A DNA stretch of 64,000 nt from NCBI GenBank assembly GCA_963730935.1, contig CAVSTP010000004.1, positions 1,696,001 to 1,760,000 of the forward strand. Reading direction: 5' to 3'. Shown one piece after another: positions 9,779 to 19,587 of the stretch. The stretch's first letter is position 1, and every line of letters starts with the position of its first letter. A program made the translations under genes and the position numbers. This DNA comes from an uncultured Nitrospiraceae bacterium. GTDB taxonomy: Bacteria; Nitrospirota; Nitrospiria; Nitrospirales; Nitrospiraceae. The notes beneath the pieces were generated by a model. The model searched no databases. It saw only the letters and a program-made list of their open reading frames with translations, and had not been told where the DNA came from.

Positions 9779-10647
9779 CGGACCTCTCCTGTCGGCGGTG
9801 CCCCTGTCCGCTTCGCATAGAGCAAGAGAAAGTACCGGCTCTCCTGCGCTAGCCGGAACGGCGGCTGCACGCTGCCGTTGGTCTCGGAATCAAAATCGTT
9901 GATCAGGTACTCGAACCCCTGGCGATCCAACAGCTCCAGGATGTGGTGCAGCGTCCGCGGCAGGCCCGGCAGATGGTGATATTCGATCACCATCTCGTTG
10001 ACGAGCCGCAAGCGCTCGCCGCTGTCGGCCAACGCTTCCCATTCCGCCCCCTCGATGTTGATCTTCAGAAAATCGATCGGCCCGGCAAGATAGCTTGATA
10101 GCCGCACGCAAGGCACGCGCTGTTTGGTCCAGCCTTCCTCCAGCGGAGCCGTCTCGGAAGCTAGGTTGCTCGCGTACTTTCCGTCGGAGTGAAACGTCAG
10201 GGAGCCTTCGCGCCCGCAGACCGCGGCTTGCACCAACCGGACGTCGTGCATGCCGTGCCTCGTCATATTATCTTGGAGGTACCCAAAGACGACCGGATCT
10301 GGCTCGAACGTGGTGATCTGCGCCTCGGGATAGATCAGCTTGTAATACAAGACGGACATGCCGATGTTTCCGCCGCAGTCGAGGATGGTCGGCGCCGGAG
10401 ACTCCGTGTCAAAATGATAGATGCGGTTGATGAAAATGTCCTTGTACTGCATGAAAAAGTTGGGACCGTCGTTGATCCGCACCATGTAGGGGCCGCAAGG
10501 GAGGAGCATGCCGGGCCTGGCTTCGAAGGAGCGGGCACGGACTCGGTCGAGATGCCACTGGTCCTTCCAGCCGCTCAGATCCCGTTCGATCCTGCGCAGG
10601 GCAGGCTTCATGGCATCGGGAACGAAGGCTTTGAGCATCGCGCGCAT
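9775..10647 (-). CDS. FkbM family methyltransferase
   Basis: ILDCGGNIG, TFEPDP, LKINIEGAE, IEYH. Start moved to 10647. Confidence 0.88.
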   Translation of the reverse strand: MRAMLKAFVPDAMKPALRRIERDLSGWKDQWHLDRVRARSFEARPGMLLPCGPYMVRINDGPNFFMQYKDIFINRIYHFDTESPAPTILDCGGNIGMSVLYYKLIYPEAQITTFEPDPVVFGYLQDNMTRHGMHDVRLVQAAVCGREGSLTFHSDGKYASNLASETAPLEEGWTKQRVPCVRLSSYLAGPIDFLKINIEGAEWEALADSGERLRLVNEMVIEYHHLPGLPRTLHHILELLDRQGFEYLINDFDSETNGSVQPPFRLAQESRYFLLLYAKRTGAPPTGEVR

Positions 10648-10648
10648 G

Positions 10649-11818
10649 TCAGGCCGCCATCCGCTTGTGAACGATCTCGACCAACTCCTGCATCCGAATC
10701 CGATACGTATGGTCGCGGAACGTACGGGTCTGTCCGGCGCGCGCCATAGTTCGACGGTCGTCTTCATGATCCAAGTAATGTCGGATCATCTGCGCGCAGT
10801 CCTCCACTGTCCGGTAGGCTGCCACTTCGCGTCCCACATCGAACAGATCTTGCAAATTCGCTTTCCAATCCGTCAGCAACATGGCCCCTGCGCCGGTCGC
10901 TTCGAACAGGCGGCAGTTGTTCGCATAAGGAGCCACGTCACCGTGATGATTCAGCGTAATCTGCGAACGCAGGAGAATGTCGTACATCTCGTTCCCCCAA
11001 ACGACGCCCATATGACGCCCGCGAAGCGGCGATGACGTGTCCAGCAGATCGGCCCCCGGCCCCCAGATCCGCAGTTCCGGCACAAGGACGCACAGCTGTT
11101 CGAGCCATTCGATCCGGCTCCGGTGAACGGCGGACAGGCTGCCGACAAACGTGACCGGATAAGAGCGTTCCTGCTCCGCCTTCGGCAGGAGCACTTCCGG
11201 GTCGAAACCCAACCGATGGAGGACGGCCGGAATGCCTTTGCGCTGGAAGAATTCCACCGTCGGAGGAAACGACGAGACGACGAGATCGTAGCAACTGTAG
11301 TCGCCGTGATCCGGCAGCGACGTCGCCGCGTGCTGGCCGACCAACAGCCGCACCCGGGGCTTGATCCCCTTCAGCCATCGGCTGTCGATGCCGTCCATGG
11401 CTTGGTTCAGGAACACGTCGGGTCGATGCTGCTCCACTTGCGCGGCGAGAATGCGGCAGCCTTCGTCGTCCTGTCCAAACCAGGAGCGCATCAGCGGCCT
11501 TGCGTGCCGGATGATCGGACGGTCGGTCTCCTGCCAGAGCCGGTCAATCAACCGGTCGAACGCCGCTCTCTTTTGGGATTTCATGGCCCCGAACTCCTTG
11601 ACCCAGACGCGCTGCATGGCAATGTTGTTCACGTAGACATCCAAGGCCTCGTGTCCAACCGCGCGCAGATTTCGCGAGTAGAAGTCCGCGACGCCGAAGC
11701 GGGTGGCGTAGCGAATTCGGAGCTGCTCTGCAAATGATTGTTCCGACAACCCGGGTTGGCGCGCATAGAGCTCGTTCAGAAATTGCGAGTAGTCAGTATT
11801 GGCGATGAGAAATTTCAC
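10649..11818 (-). CDS. CgeB-like (GT-B) glycosyltransferase
   Basis: VTFVGS, LRSQITLNHH, NCRLFEATGAGAMLLTD. GTG start overlapping the upstream TGA. Confidence 0.82.
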   Translation of the reverse strand: MKFLIANTDYSQFLNELYARQPGLSEQSFAEQLRIRYATRFGVADFYSRNLRAVGHEALDVYVNNIAMQRVWVKEFGAMKSQKRAAFDRLIDRLWQETDRPIIRHARPLMRSWFGQDDEGCRILAAQVEQHRPDVFLNQAMDGIDSRWLKGIKPRVRLLVGQHAATSLPDHGDYSCYDLVVSSFPPTVEFFQRKGIPAVLHRLGFDPEVLLPKAEQERSYPVTFVGSLSAVHRSRIEWLEQLCVLVPELRIWGPGADLLDTSSPLRGRHMGVVWGNEMYDILLRSQITLNHHGDVAPYANNCRLFEATGAGAMLLTDWKANLQDLFDVGREVAAYRTVEDCAQMIRHYLDHEDDRRTMARAGQTRTFRDHTYRIRMQELVEIVHKRMAA

Positions 11819-12732
11819 GAGACCCTTACCGTTCTGTTTCCCTTCAGCCAGATCCGGCTGCATACCTGGAGGGGAAAGCCCACGACCGTTTTGCCGACGG
11901 TATCCAACAGCAGTCCGACGCCATGCGACAGGCTATTTCGCCATTTGTGACCAGGCTCCGAGCAGAGCCAGACATAGTTGAGGTAGTAGCGAAGATTGGC
12001 TGTGGATTTCCTTGAACAGAGCAGGCGGATGCACTCCGCCACAGAGATTCTCGTTCGATCGGGTGGATAGAGGCCGGTGATCCGGAGTTTGGCATAGACC
12101 TTTGCGCGATGTGAGACGACGAGCCTGAAGCCGGCGCGTCTCGCCCTGATACTGAACTCGTAATCGGCGCCGTAATGAGGCAGGTGTCGGCGGTCGAACG
12201 TGCCGATGCGCCGGAAGACTTCGAGAGGCACCAGGGTGCCGCGGCCCGGCAGCACATCGACCTGATCATCGTAGTCGGATTGCCTGATGGTCGAGACATC
12301 TGTTTGCTCCGTAATGCGAAGCCGGCGGTCGAGCCTGAGACCGGCGACCATGCGGTCCCGGCGCTCGTCGTCCACGATCGTCGAGCCGACGATCGCACGG
12401 CCCAGAGACTGACTACACGTGACGAGCTCGCCGACATAGCCCTCATCCACCGAGACGTCGTTGTTGAGGAGCAAGAGGTAATCCCCCTCCTGCGCCCTTT
12501 CCAGGACATCCGCCACTCCGAGGACGTTGGCGCCGGTCCACCACAGATCACCATCGCCTTGCAGTACTCGCACGCGGGGAAACCGCCGACGCACTTCGTC
12601 GCCCGTGCCGTCCGTCGAGCCGTCATCCACCAACAGCACATTGAGGTCGCCGTACCGCTGCCGTTCCAGACACCGGAGGACTTCGAGCACTTCCGGTTTA
12701 TTATTGTGCGCAGGAATCAACGCGTGGACCAT
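11815..12732 (-). CDS. GT2 family glycosyltransferase (rhamnosyltransferase-like)
   Basis: IPAHN, VDDGSTDGT, LWWTGANVLG, LLLNND, YGADYEFS. Confidence 0.88.
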   Translation of the reverse strand: MVHALIPAHNNKPEVLEVLRCLERQRYGDLNVLLVDDGSTDGTGDEVRRRFPRVRVLQGDGDLWWTGANVLGVADVLERAQEGDYLLLLNNDVSVDEGYVGELVTCSQSLGRAIVGSTIVDDERRDRMVAGLRLDRRLRITEQTDVSTIRQSDYDDQVDVLPGRGTLVPLEVFRRIGTFDRRHLPHYGADYEFSIRARRAGFRLVVSHRAKVYAKLRITGLYPPDRTRISVAECIRLLCSRKSTANLRYYLNYVWLCSEPGHKWRNSLSHGVGLLLDTVGKTVVGFPLQVCSRIWLKGNRTVRVS

Positions 12733-13775
12733 CGGACTGCCCTGCTGGAATGATCATGGGCCGTTGTCGAGCCGTGCAGTTGTTGATCGGAGAATTCCAG
12801 TCTTCGCACCGGCACATGGAGTCCCATCCACCCCAGCACACGGCCGGTCTCGAGCGCGACGGGGCCAAGCTGCTCGACCATCCACCAGCGGTAGTCCGTA
12901 AAACCCTTGCGCTGGTCGAGAGCTGACCGCATAAGGCCTCGGATAGCCGTGACGCCGGCACGCACACGCGAGATCCGGTCCCTGAACGAGGTTGGAGCAT
13001 CCAGCCGGGAGGCCACCTGCCCGGCGACGAACCAGCGGCTCAAATGATATCGGGGAGTCATTTTTCGGCTACTCACGGCGTGGTACACGATCAATTCCGG
13101 TGCATAGAGGAGGATCGCCTGCTCTCCCAGCCTGTCCCAGATCTCGTTGAACAGCACGGTTTCTTCTCCCATCGAGACGCGCGTGCCCCGCATGCCGACG
13201 CTCACGTCGAATCCGCCCAATTGCTGCAGAATATTCTTCGTGAACATCATGTTCGAACCGGAGAACGACTCTCCTGCCGAGAGATGGCGTGCTCCCTGTC
13301 CCCACGTCCGCACTTCATATTCGTCCTTGTACCAGTCAGGTTTCGGGCTCAGGTACCAGGGGCGGATTTGGCCGCCGACGGCCACGGGAGCCGGCCGACT
13401 TTTCTCAAACCGGTCCAACGCCCGTTCCAGCCATTGGGCATCGGCCCTCGCGTCATCATCCATGAACGCGACATACTCTCCTCGTGATGCCTGCCACCCT
13501 CTGTTCCGTGCATACCCCAAGCCCAACACCGCTTCATCCACCAACCGGATCGAGCACCGCCGTTGATCGGCCTGATACTCTCGAACCGCCGCCGGCGTTT
13601 CGTCCGTCGAGCCGTTGTTGACGACGATGACTTCATACTTGGTGCGTGCGAGCGTCTGAGCAGCGAGACTGTCCAACGCCTGACGCAGTAACGCCGCCCG
13701 ATTGTGCGTACACACGACGACGGAGATGATCGGTCCCGTGTTCATGCTGGGTTCCAGCGCCATCCGACTCGCCAC
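12717..13775 (-). CDS. GT2 family glycosyltransferase
   Basis: SVVVCTHNR, NNGSTD, GYARNRG, FMDDD, GEE. Start uncertain (13745-13775). Confidence 0.88.
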   Translation of the reverse strand: MASRMALEPSMNTGPIISVVVCTHNRAALLRQALDSLAAQTLARTKYEVIVVNNGSTDETPAAVREYQADQRRCSIRLVDEAVLGLGYARNRGWQASRGEYVAFMDDDARADAQWLERALDRFEKSRPAPVAVGGQIRPWYLSPKPDWYKDEYEVRTWGQGARHLSAGESFSGSNMMFTKNILQQLGGFDVSVGMRGTRVSMGEETVLFNEIWDRLGEQAILLYAPELIVYHAVSSRKMTPRYHLSRWFVAGQVASRLDAPTSFRDRISRVRAGVTAIRGLMRSALDQRKGFTDYRWWMVEQLGPVALETGRVLGWMGLHVPVRRLEFSDQQLHGSTTAHDHSSRAVRWSTR

Positions 13776-14783
13776 TCACAGGCCGAGCAGCGCGAGTCCA
13801 CGCAAGGCCCGCCCGCGAAGGTTCTCTGTCCAGCCAAGCTCAACGACGCCGCTCAACGAAGAATTCCAGAACCGCCGTCCCAGCTTCGGCGCCACCGACC
13901 GACAAATGGCCATCCACCGTTCTCCGACGACGGTTGAAAATTCCGGTTCAGGATAAGAGGCATGGGTCCGGTTGGACTGCCTAAGCAGACACAACCAGGT
14001 TTCGGCGTCTTCCAGGAACGATTCTGTCCGCGGCCAGGACCACGTGCTGATGGCCTCGTGAACTGCCGATTGCTCGTCGGTCGGCCTGATACCGAGTCCC
14101 TCCAGCTGCCGCCTTCTGATCGCTGCGGCCCACCGCTGCTGGCCGTTCGCATCCCGCCTGCCGACCTGACCGGCGTGCAGTCGCCGGACCAACAGCACCT
14201 CGGGCAGGTTGGCCAGCGACAAGTCCTCCACCGCCCGGCACCACAAGTCATAATCTTGCGCACAGGGATAGGAAGAATCATAGGACAATCGCGCTTTCTG
14301 CAGGCGGATACGATCGAACATGACGGTCGGATGCGCCATGGCGCAGTCAAACAAGAGGCGCGCATGAATGGCTTTATGCGATGTGGGGTATTCCCAGCGC
14401 TGGCTCACGCCGTCTCCTGCGACATCCACCCAGGTTCCGCAAGCGCCGACATAGGCATGAGCCTTCATGAACTTGATCTGACGGGCCAATCGATCCGGCA
14501 GGCTCACGTCGTCGGCGTCCATCCGCGCGATGTAGCGGCCTGAGGCCAGCGCGAATCCCTCATTCAAACGAGTGGCTAACCCGGCGTTTTCGGTATGTCT
14601 GACCACGCGAAGCCGCGTGTCGCGATAGGAGGCGATGGTGTCGGCGCTGTCGTCGCTCGATCCATCATCGATGACGATAAATTCGAAGTCAGAATGGCTC
14701 TGGCCCAGGATGCTCTCGATGGCTTGGGCGAGGAACGCGCCGCCGTTACAGACGGACATGACGACAGAGACGTCGGGGCTCAT
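13776..14783 (-). CDS. GT2 family glycosyltransferase
   Basis: VSVVMSVCN, DDGSSD, ARMDADD, QDYDLW. ATGA overlap at 14780-14783. Confidence 0.9.
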   Translation of the reverse strand: MSPDVSVVMSVCNGGAFLAQAIESILGQSHSDFEFIVIDDGSSDDSADTIASYRDTRLRVVRHTENAGLATRLNEGFALASGRYIARMDADDVSLPDRLARQIKFMKAHAYVGACGTWVDVAGDGVSQRWEYPTSHKAIHARLLFDCAMAHPTVMFDRIRLQKARLSYDSSYPCAQDYDLWCRAVEDLSLANLPEVLLVRRLHAGQVGRRDANGQQRWAAAIRRRQLEGLGIRPTDEQSAVHEAISTWSWPRTESFLEDAETWLCLLRQSNRTHASYPEPEFSTVVGERWMAICRSVAPKLGRRFWNSSLSGVVELGWTENLRGRALRGLALLGL

Positions 14784-15541
14784 GTCGCACACACCTCGGC
14801 CCAGATTTCGCCCCAGCGGACTTCCTGGTGCACAATCCGACACCCCGCGGTCGTCATTTCTTCAAGGAATGACTCGAGCGTGTATTCGGTTTCATGGGTC
14901 GCATCGAGCCGCCACTCCACCCCGAGCTCACGCTTCAGCGGCACCTGCCAATCCCGCTCGAAGAGCGGAACACGGATCAGCATTTTGGAAGGCCGCGCGG
15001 CTTGCTGCAGACGCCGCAGAAAGGCGGACCGTTCGGGAAGGTGCTCGAGGATGTTCGAAAGAACGACGACGTCGAACCGGCCGTCCTGGTTGTCGCGGAG
15101 ACCATCCTGGACGCGGTATTCGACGCGCGGATGCTGATATCGCTTGCGCGCCGTCTCAATGTTCTCGGTGCTGAGGTCGACGCCCACGACCCAGGCGCCC
15201 GATCGTTCGGCGATATCGAAGGCGACGGCGCCGATGCCGCAGCCCACATCCAGCACCCGTTCGCCCTGTCTCACTCTTTTGATAAAGAAGTCGTGGTAGC
15301 GGGTGTGCCGGTGCTTGGTATGGGTTCCGCCGCCATATTCCACCGCCTTGCGTCCGAGCACCGGATACAAGGCCGCCTGCACCCTGAATAACAGGCGCAA
15401 GGCTTCGTCGGCGGGAAGCGTGCGGATCCTTCTTGTCACGATGTCCACGGTTAGTGTTTCGAATTGAGGCAGGCAAAGCCGATCGGCCCCGTAGCCGAGG
15501 ATTCGGGACAGCCATCCGCCCATGCGGCAGTTCACTGGCAT
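14780..15541 (-). CDS. Class I SAM-dependent methyltransferase
   Basis: VLDVGCGIG, GVDLS, FDVVVLSNILEHL. Confidence 0.87.
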   Translation of the reverse strand: MPVNCRMGGWLSRILGYGADRLCLPQFETLTVDIVTRRIRTLPADEALRLLFRVQAALYPVLGRKAVEYGGGTHTKHRHTRYHDFFIKRVRQGERVLDVGCGIGAVAFDIAERSGAWVVGVDLSTENIETARKRYQHPRVEYRVQDGLRDNQDGRFDVVVLSNILEHLPERSAFLRRLQQAARPSKMLIRVPLFERDWQVPLKRELGVEWRLDATHETEYTLESFLEEMTTAGCRIVHQEVRWGEIWAEVCAT

Positions 15542-15665
15542 CTCCCACGCCCTTCCGGTCGGGCCATGACTGATTCAACGCGGCTGGTCAACGCACCAGC
15601 CGGATGACCCACAACCGTAACTTCCTCAACAAGTAATGTGAAGTACCTGCGCGCGCTCACAGCGT

Positions 15666-17531
15666 TCACCTTATCTGGCTGAAGATTGGGAGGGCAAAAA
15701 CCTTCCGTCCGACATACCGGGCTCCATGTTTTGTTAAGTGCCCGCCATCAGGGGAAATGAGTTTTCCATCTTCTGTAAAAATTGGGCAGGTGGAAGCCCC
15801 TTCGCCACAAAGAAGGCCGAGCACATCAATAAAATGGTAGTTTCGTAAGCCTTCTTTCATTCTTTCATTGATCGTTAGAAAACTCTTGTCTATCGCGTTT
15901 CCAACTTTGGCGCGCTCATGAAGTGTTGTCCCAACGTAGGCAGTGGGATGTATTTTCCCAAAATGCTTATGACCGAAGATGATGAGTGTGGATCCTTCAG
16001 GAAGCGACAGTTGCTCAATCGTTCGTGGCAATCTGTCCACGGCCCAGTCTTTCCAGCGGGAAGCAAGAATCACCACCTGCGCTTGCGATGCGAGTCGCTT
16101 CAGCGGGGTAGCAAAATCCTCGCTGCAAAGTTTCTGGTCACCCTTGTCGATAAATTGGGACACATCGTCATCACCCAAGTAAATTTGGCATCGGTACGGT
16201 ATATACAGCGTTCGTATCTCGTAATCATGAAACACACCCGCCTCAGCGACCATGTTCACGACATCCATTGAGAAACTATCACCAATGATGGCCAATCGTT
16301 TGGTCGTATTCCCGACAAACCCCTCACTTCCTCGCAACAATTTATGCCGCTCGTTGATGTATGCCGTGCTTTCAGTGGGAGAGACGAATAACTCCCGATC
16401 GCTGGGCGCAAATCTATCCGGGAACCCGGCATGCGTGATACCGAGCCCTCCTACTGCAATCATCAAACTGCTCAGGAACATCCCGGAAGCGAAAACGGTG
16501 GTTCGACTGACTTGGTCCTTGGCTCTGAAGGGACGTTCAACGATCCGCCAACTGACATAACCAAGCACAACCGCCGCTACGATGAGCCCCGCAAGAAGCC
16601 CGTCACCCGGCTGCTCGGCATTGCGCAAGCGTGCAAATGCCAACAATGGCTGATGCCACAAATAAGTGCTGTAACTAATCAGTCCAAGCCCCACGAAGGC
16701 CTTGTTGGCTAGTAATCGGCCGACGACCGTCCTTGGCGTGGTGAACAGGATGATCGAGGCCGCCCCAATTGTCGGGGACAGCGTATAGAGGCTCGGATAT
16801 GGCGTGCCCTTATCAAATGTCCCAACAGCGTAGATGATCAGCGCCAGCCCGAGCGCAGAACCGATGTGCTGCATGCTGACAGAGAAGTCTCTTCCCGCTC
16901 GCGACCGTTGGTAAAACGCTGCGAACGCTCCGACCAATAATTCCCAGACGCGGCCGTTTGTGTCATAGAAGCTTTTCTCATGACTACCTACCGCTTGCCA
17001 TTCCGCATAGGCCAAACTCCCTAAGGCGATGACTCCCAATGTTGCCACAAACCACTTCTTCCCGAAGCCCCAACTGAGGATCAACAACGGCCACACCAGA
17101 TAGTATTGTTCTTCCACCGCCAAGCTCCATGTGTGCAAGAGCGGCTTTTCCTCCGCATCCGCAGCAAAGTAACCCGTATCCGTTCCAAAATAGATGTTGG
17201 AGACAAACAGAGAAGTCCACACCAGGCTCTTCGACCAATCCGTCAGTTGGTCCGGCATCATCCACAACCACGCGAAAGGCACACACGCCAACATGACGCA
17301 CAACAGCGGCGGCAAAATTCTTCTGGCTCTCCGCTCATAAAAATGAACGAGGGAAAATGCACCTTGTTCTCGTTCAGCCACAATGAGGGAGGTGATGAGG
17401 TACCCGCTAATGACGAAAAACACATCTACCCCCACAAAACCGCCGGCGAACCATTTGTACCCTGCGTGAAATAGCACCACGGGAATGAGTGCGATAGCCC
17501 GTAAACCATCTATCTCCCTCCTGTAATTCAT
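15666..17531 (-). CDS. OafA-like O-acetyltransferase (acyltransferase-3 fused to SGNH domain)
   Basis: YRREIDGLRA, GVDVFFVISGYLI, HTWSLAVEEQYY; C-terminal GDS and DGGH SGNH motifs. Confidence 0.92.
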   Translation of the reverse strand: MNYRREIDGLRAIALIPVVLFHAGYKWFAGGFVGVDVFFVISGYLITSLIVAEREQGAFSLVHFYERRARRILPPLLCVMLACVPFAWLWMMPDQLTDWSKSLVWTSLFVSNIYFGTDTGYFAADAEEKPLLHTWSLAVEEQYYLVWPLLILSWGFGKKWFVATLGVIALGSLAYAEWQAVGSHEKSFYDTNGRVWELLVGAFAAFYQRSRAGRDFSVSMQHIGSALGLALIIYAVGTFDKGTPYPSLYTLSPTIGAASIILFTTPRTVVGRLLANKAFVGLGLISYSTYLWHQPLLAFARLRNAEQPGDGLLAGLIVAAVVLGYVSWRIVERPFRAKDQVSRTTVFASGMFLSSLMIAVGGLGITHAGFPDRFAPSDRELFVSPTESTAYINERHKLLRGSEGFVGNTTKRLAIIGDSFSMDVVNMVAEAGVFHDYEIRTLYIPYRCQIYLGDDDVSQFIDKGDQKLCSEDFATPLKRLASQAQVVILASRWKDWAVDRLPRTIEQLSLPEGSTLIIFGHKHFGKIHPTAYVGTTLHERAKVGNAIDKSFLTINERMKEGLRNYHFIDVLGLLCGEGASTCPIFTEDGKLISPDGGHLTKHGARYVGRKVFALPIFSQIR

Positions 17532-18670
17532 CTGATTTGCTTCGACGAGTTGCAGAGCTCATCGAGCAGACTCACTTCGAGATCCAGAATCTTTTCAAGC
17601 GAAAACCGCTCCGCGACGTACTCACGGGCGGCCAAGCCCATCCTGCACCGGAGCGTCCGATCAGCAAGAACCTGACTGATGGCGGAGCGGAGGCCGCCTG
17701 GGGAGCAATCACTCAAGTATCCGGTTTCTCGATGGCGGATTAGTTGACGAATCCCCGGAACATTGGTTCCAATGACCGGAACTCCGCAGGCCATCGCTTC
17801 CAGCAATGCCTTGGGATGGCCTTCGATCAATGACGGCATGACGAACACCGTCGCGCTGTTGAACAATCTGGGCAGTTCATGATTCGGAAGATTGCCCAAA
17901 AATTTCACCGGCAGGCGCCGTTCCGCTGCTTCATGGGCCAGTCCCTCCGCGAGCGAACCCCTCCCCACCATCACCAACTCCGCATCCATTCCCTCCAGGG
18001 CCTCAAACAGCGCACGAGGGTTCTTCTCTTCGTCCAAGCGGCCGACATAGAGCAATCGGTTCGGGCGCCGATCTTCCGACGGCGCAGGAGCGAAGAGCTC
18101 CGTATCGACATAGTTCGGAATCACGCGCAGACGTTCGGGTCGCACCTGATAACGATGGAGAATTTTCTCGCGGATCGCGGCTGTGGTGACGACGACGCGG
18201 TCGGCTTGGGAGAACACCAGACGTTCCAACCCCTCTGCCTGTTTCGCTTGCGGTGAATCGGCGCCATGTGCGCGCTCGATGTTGTCCGAGGGGAGATAGC
18301 CGCAGCGCGCGATGAAGGGTTTGTTTCTGAGCCGCGCGGCCGCCAAGGCAATGTCTGCCCCCTGCACTTGGTTGCTTTTGACTACCACCGGCCCGGTCCA
18401 GGACCACGGCAGCACCTTTACGAGATACCGCTCATAGCGCCCTCCTGAGAGGCGCCACCGATTGGACTGAACTCGAATTCCGCCCAACCGCTCTGCATAG
18501 CCCCGGTCATTATCGCCGTACGTCACGAACGTGATCCGCCGGAGCACCGATGCAAGCCGGCGGTAGAGCGCCGCCTCACGGTTCAGAATGCCGATCTCGT
18601 CCCAGACCCGAAGCGAGAGGCCTCGGGTAAAGAACAACACCAGCCGCACATTCGCGAGCCCATCACCCAT
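17528..18670 (-). CDS. GT4 family glycosyltransferase
   Basis: VIPNYVD, YVGRLDEEKN, EGHPKALLEAMACG. Start moved to 18670 (AAGGA RBS). Confidence 0.9.
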   Translation of the reverse strand: MGDGLANVRLVLFFTRGLSLRVWDEIGILNREAALYRRLASVLRRITFVTYGDNDRGYAERLGGIRVQSNRWRLSGGRYERYLVKVLPWSWTGPVVVKSNQVQGADIALAAARLRNKPFIARCGYLPSDNIERAHGADSPQAKQAEGLERLVFSQADRVVVTTAAIREKILHRYQVRPERLRVIPNYVDTELFAPAPSEDRRPNRLLYVGRLDEEKNPRALFEALEGMDAELVMVGRGSLAEGLAHEAAERRLPVKFLGNLPNHELPRLFNSATVFVMPSLIEGHPKALLEAMACGVPVIGTNVPGIRQLIRHRETGYLSDCSPGGLRSAISQVLADRTLRCRMGLAAREYVAERFSLEKILDLEVSLLDELCNSSKQIR

Positions 18671-18795
18671 AGGATTCCTTTTCCAGGACGACCCAGAGCG
18701 TTCGGGCACAGAGGTTGTCGACCCTGAACGAGAGCCACCGCAGAAGCTTTCTGTCCCAGGTTCGACAGTCAGTGCGGTACGTCATACGTGATTCC

Positions 18796-19587
18796 TCAGT
18801 TCGGTTTCTTCAGAACCAGTCCGTGTTGGCCTCCATACAAAGCCGTTCCATCCGGCACTCTCCGGCGTGAAACCAGCGTGCGCATCACGTCGAAGCCTAT
18901 CGAGCGGGCCAGCGATTTGCTCTGACGAAGCGAGACTCTGAGATTGGTGCTGTTCACCGATGCTGGCAGTTCCTCGTATCCCTGGCGTATCAGCAGCGGC
19001 TCGACGAGCCTGTCCAGGGTGTACAGGAGCCGTGATGAGCGATTGAAAGACCAACGATATCGCCGTGCGAAATAGAGCGCCGCCAGGCCGCCGGGCTTGA
19101 GCACCCGGAATGTCTCTTCGAAGTAGCGTTTGAAGACCGCATATGTCTCCACATGTTGAAGCACGATGAACGAATACACGCAGTCGATCTGTCCAGATCC
19201 TACGGGCAACTGCGCGCCTTCAGTCTTCATGAGCTGCGCATTGCGCACTCCCCGCTCCCGCAGCGCAGCCTGCACCTTGTCGTTTTCATCATGGATGTCG
19301 ACGCCGATGACGAATTGAAAGGATCGGCTCGCCGAGGCAAGCAGCCTGCCTCCCCCATGCCCGATTTCCAACGCCGTCCTCATCTCCGGCCCTTTGAGAT
19401 AGGGCGCAAGAGGGTGAGCGATGTGCCACAGAAAATCCCAGCTGCCGCGGACGAACGACGCCTCCTTGTTATCAGTGTGATCGAACCAGCCGAAAAATGC
19501 GTCCTCATCCTGACCCGCCGCGTGCGTAATGGCTTCACGGAATCCCACCACATGCCCGCGCCGTTCAATCGATTCAGCCTGCCCCAT
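18796..19587 (-). CDS. Class I SAM-dependent methyltransferase
   Basis: LEIGHGGGR, GVDI, YSFIVLQH, LKPGG. Confidence 0.85.
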   Translation of the reverse strand: MGQAESIERRGHVVGFREAITHAAGQDEDAFFGWFDHTDNKEASFVRGSWDFLWHIAHPLAPYLKGPEMRTALEIGHGGGRLLASASRSFQFVIGVDIHDENDKVQAALRERGVRNAQLMKTEGAQLPVGSGQIDCVYSFIVLQHVETYAVFKRYFEETFRVLKPGGLAALYFARRYRWSFNRSSRLLYTLDRLVEPLLIRQGYEELPASVNSTNLRVSLRQSKSLARSIGFDVMRTLVSRRRVPDGTALYGGQHGLVLKKPN

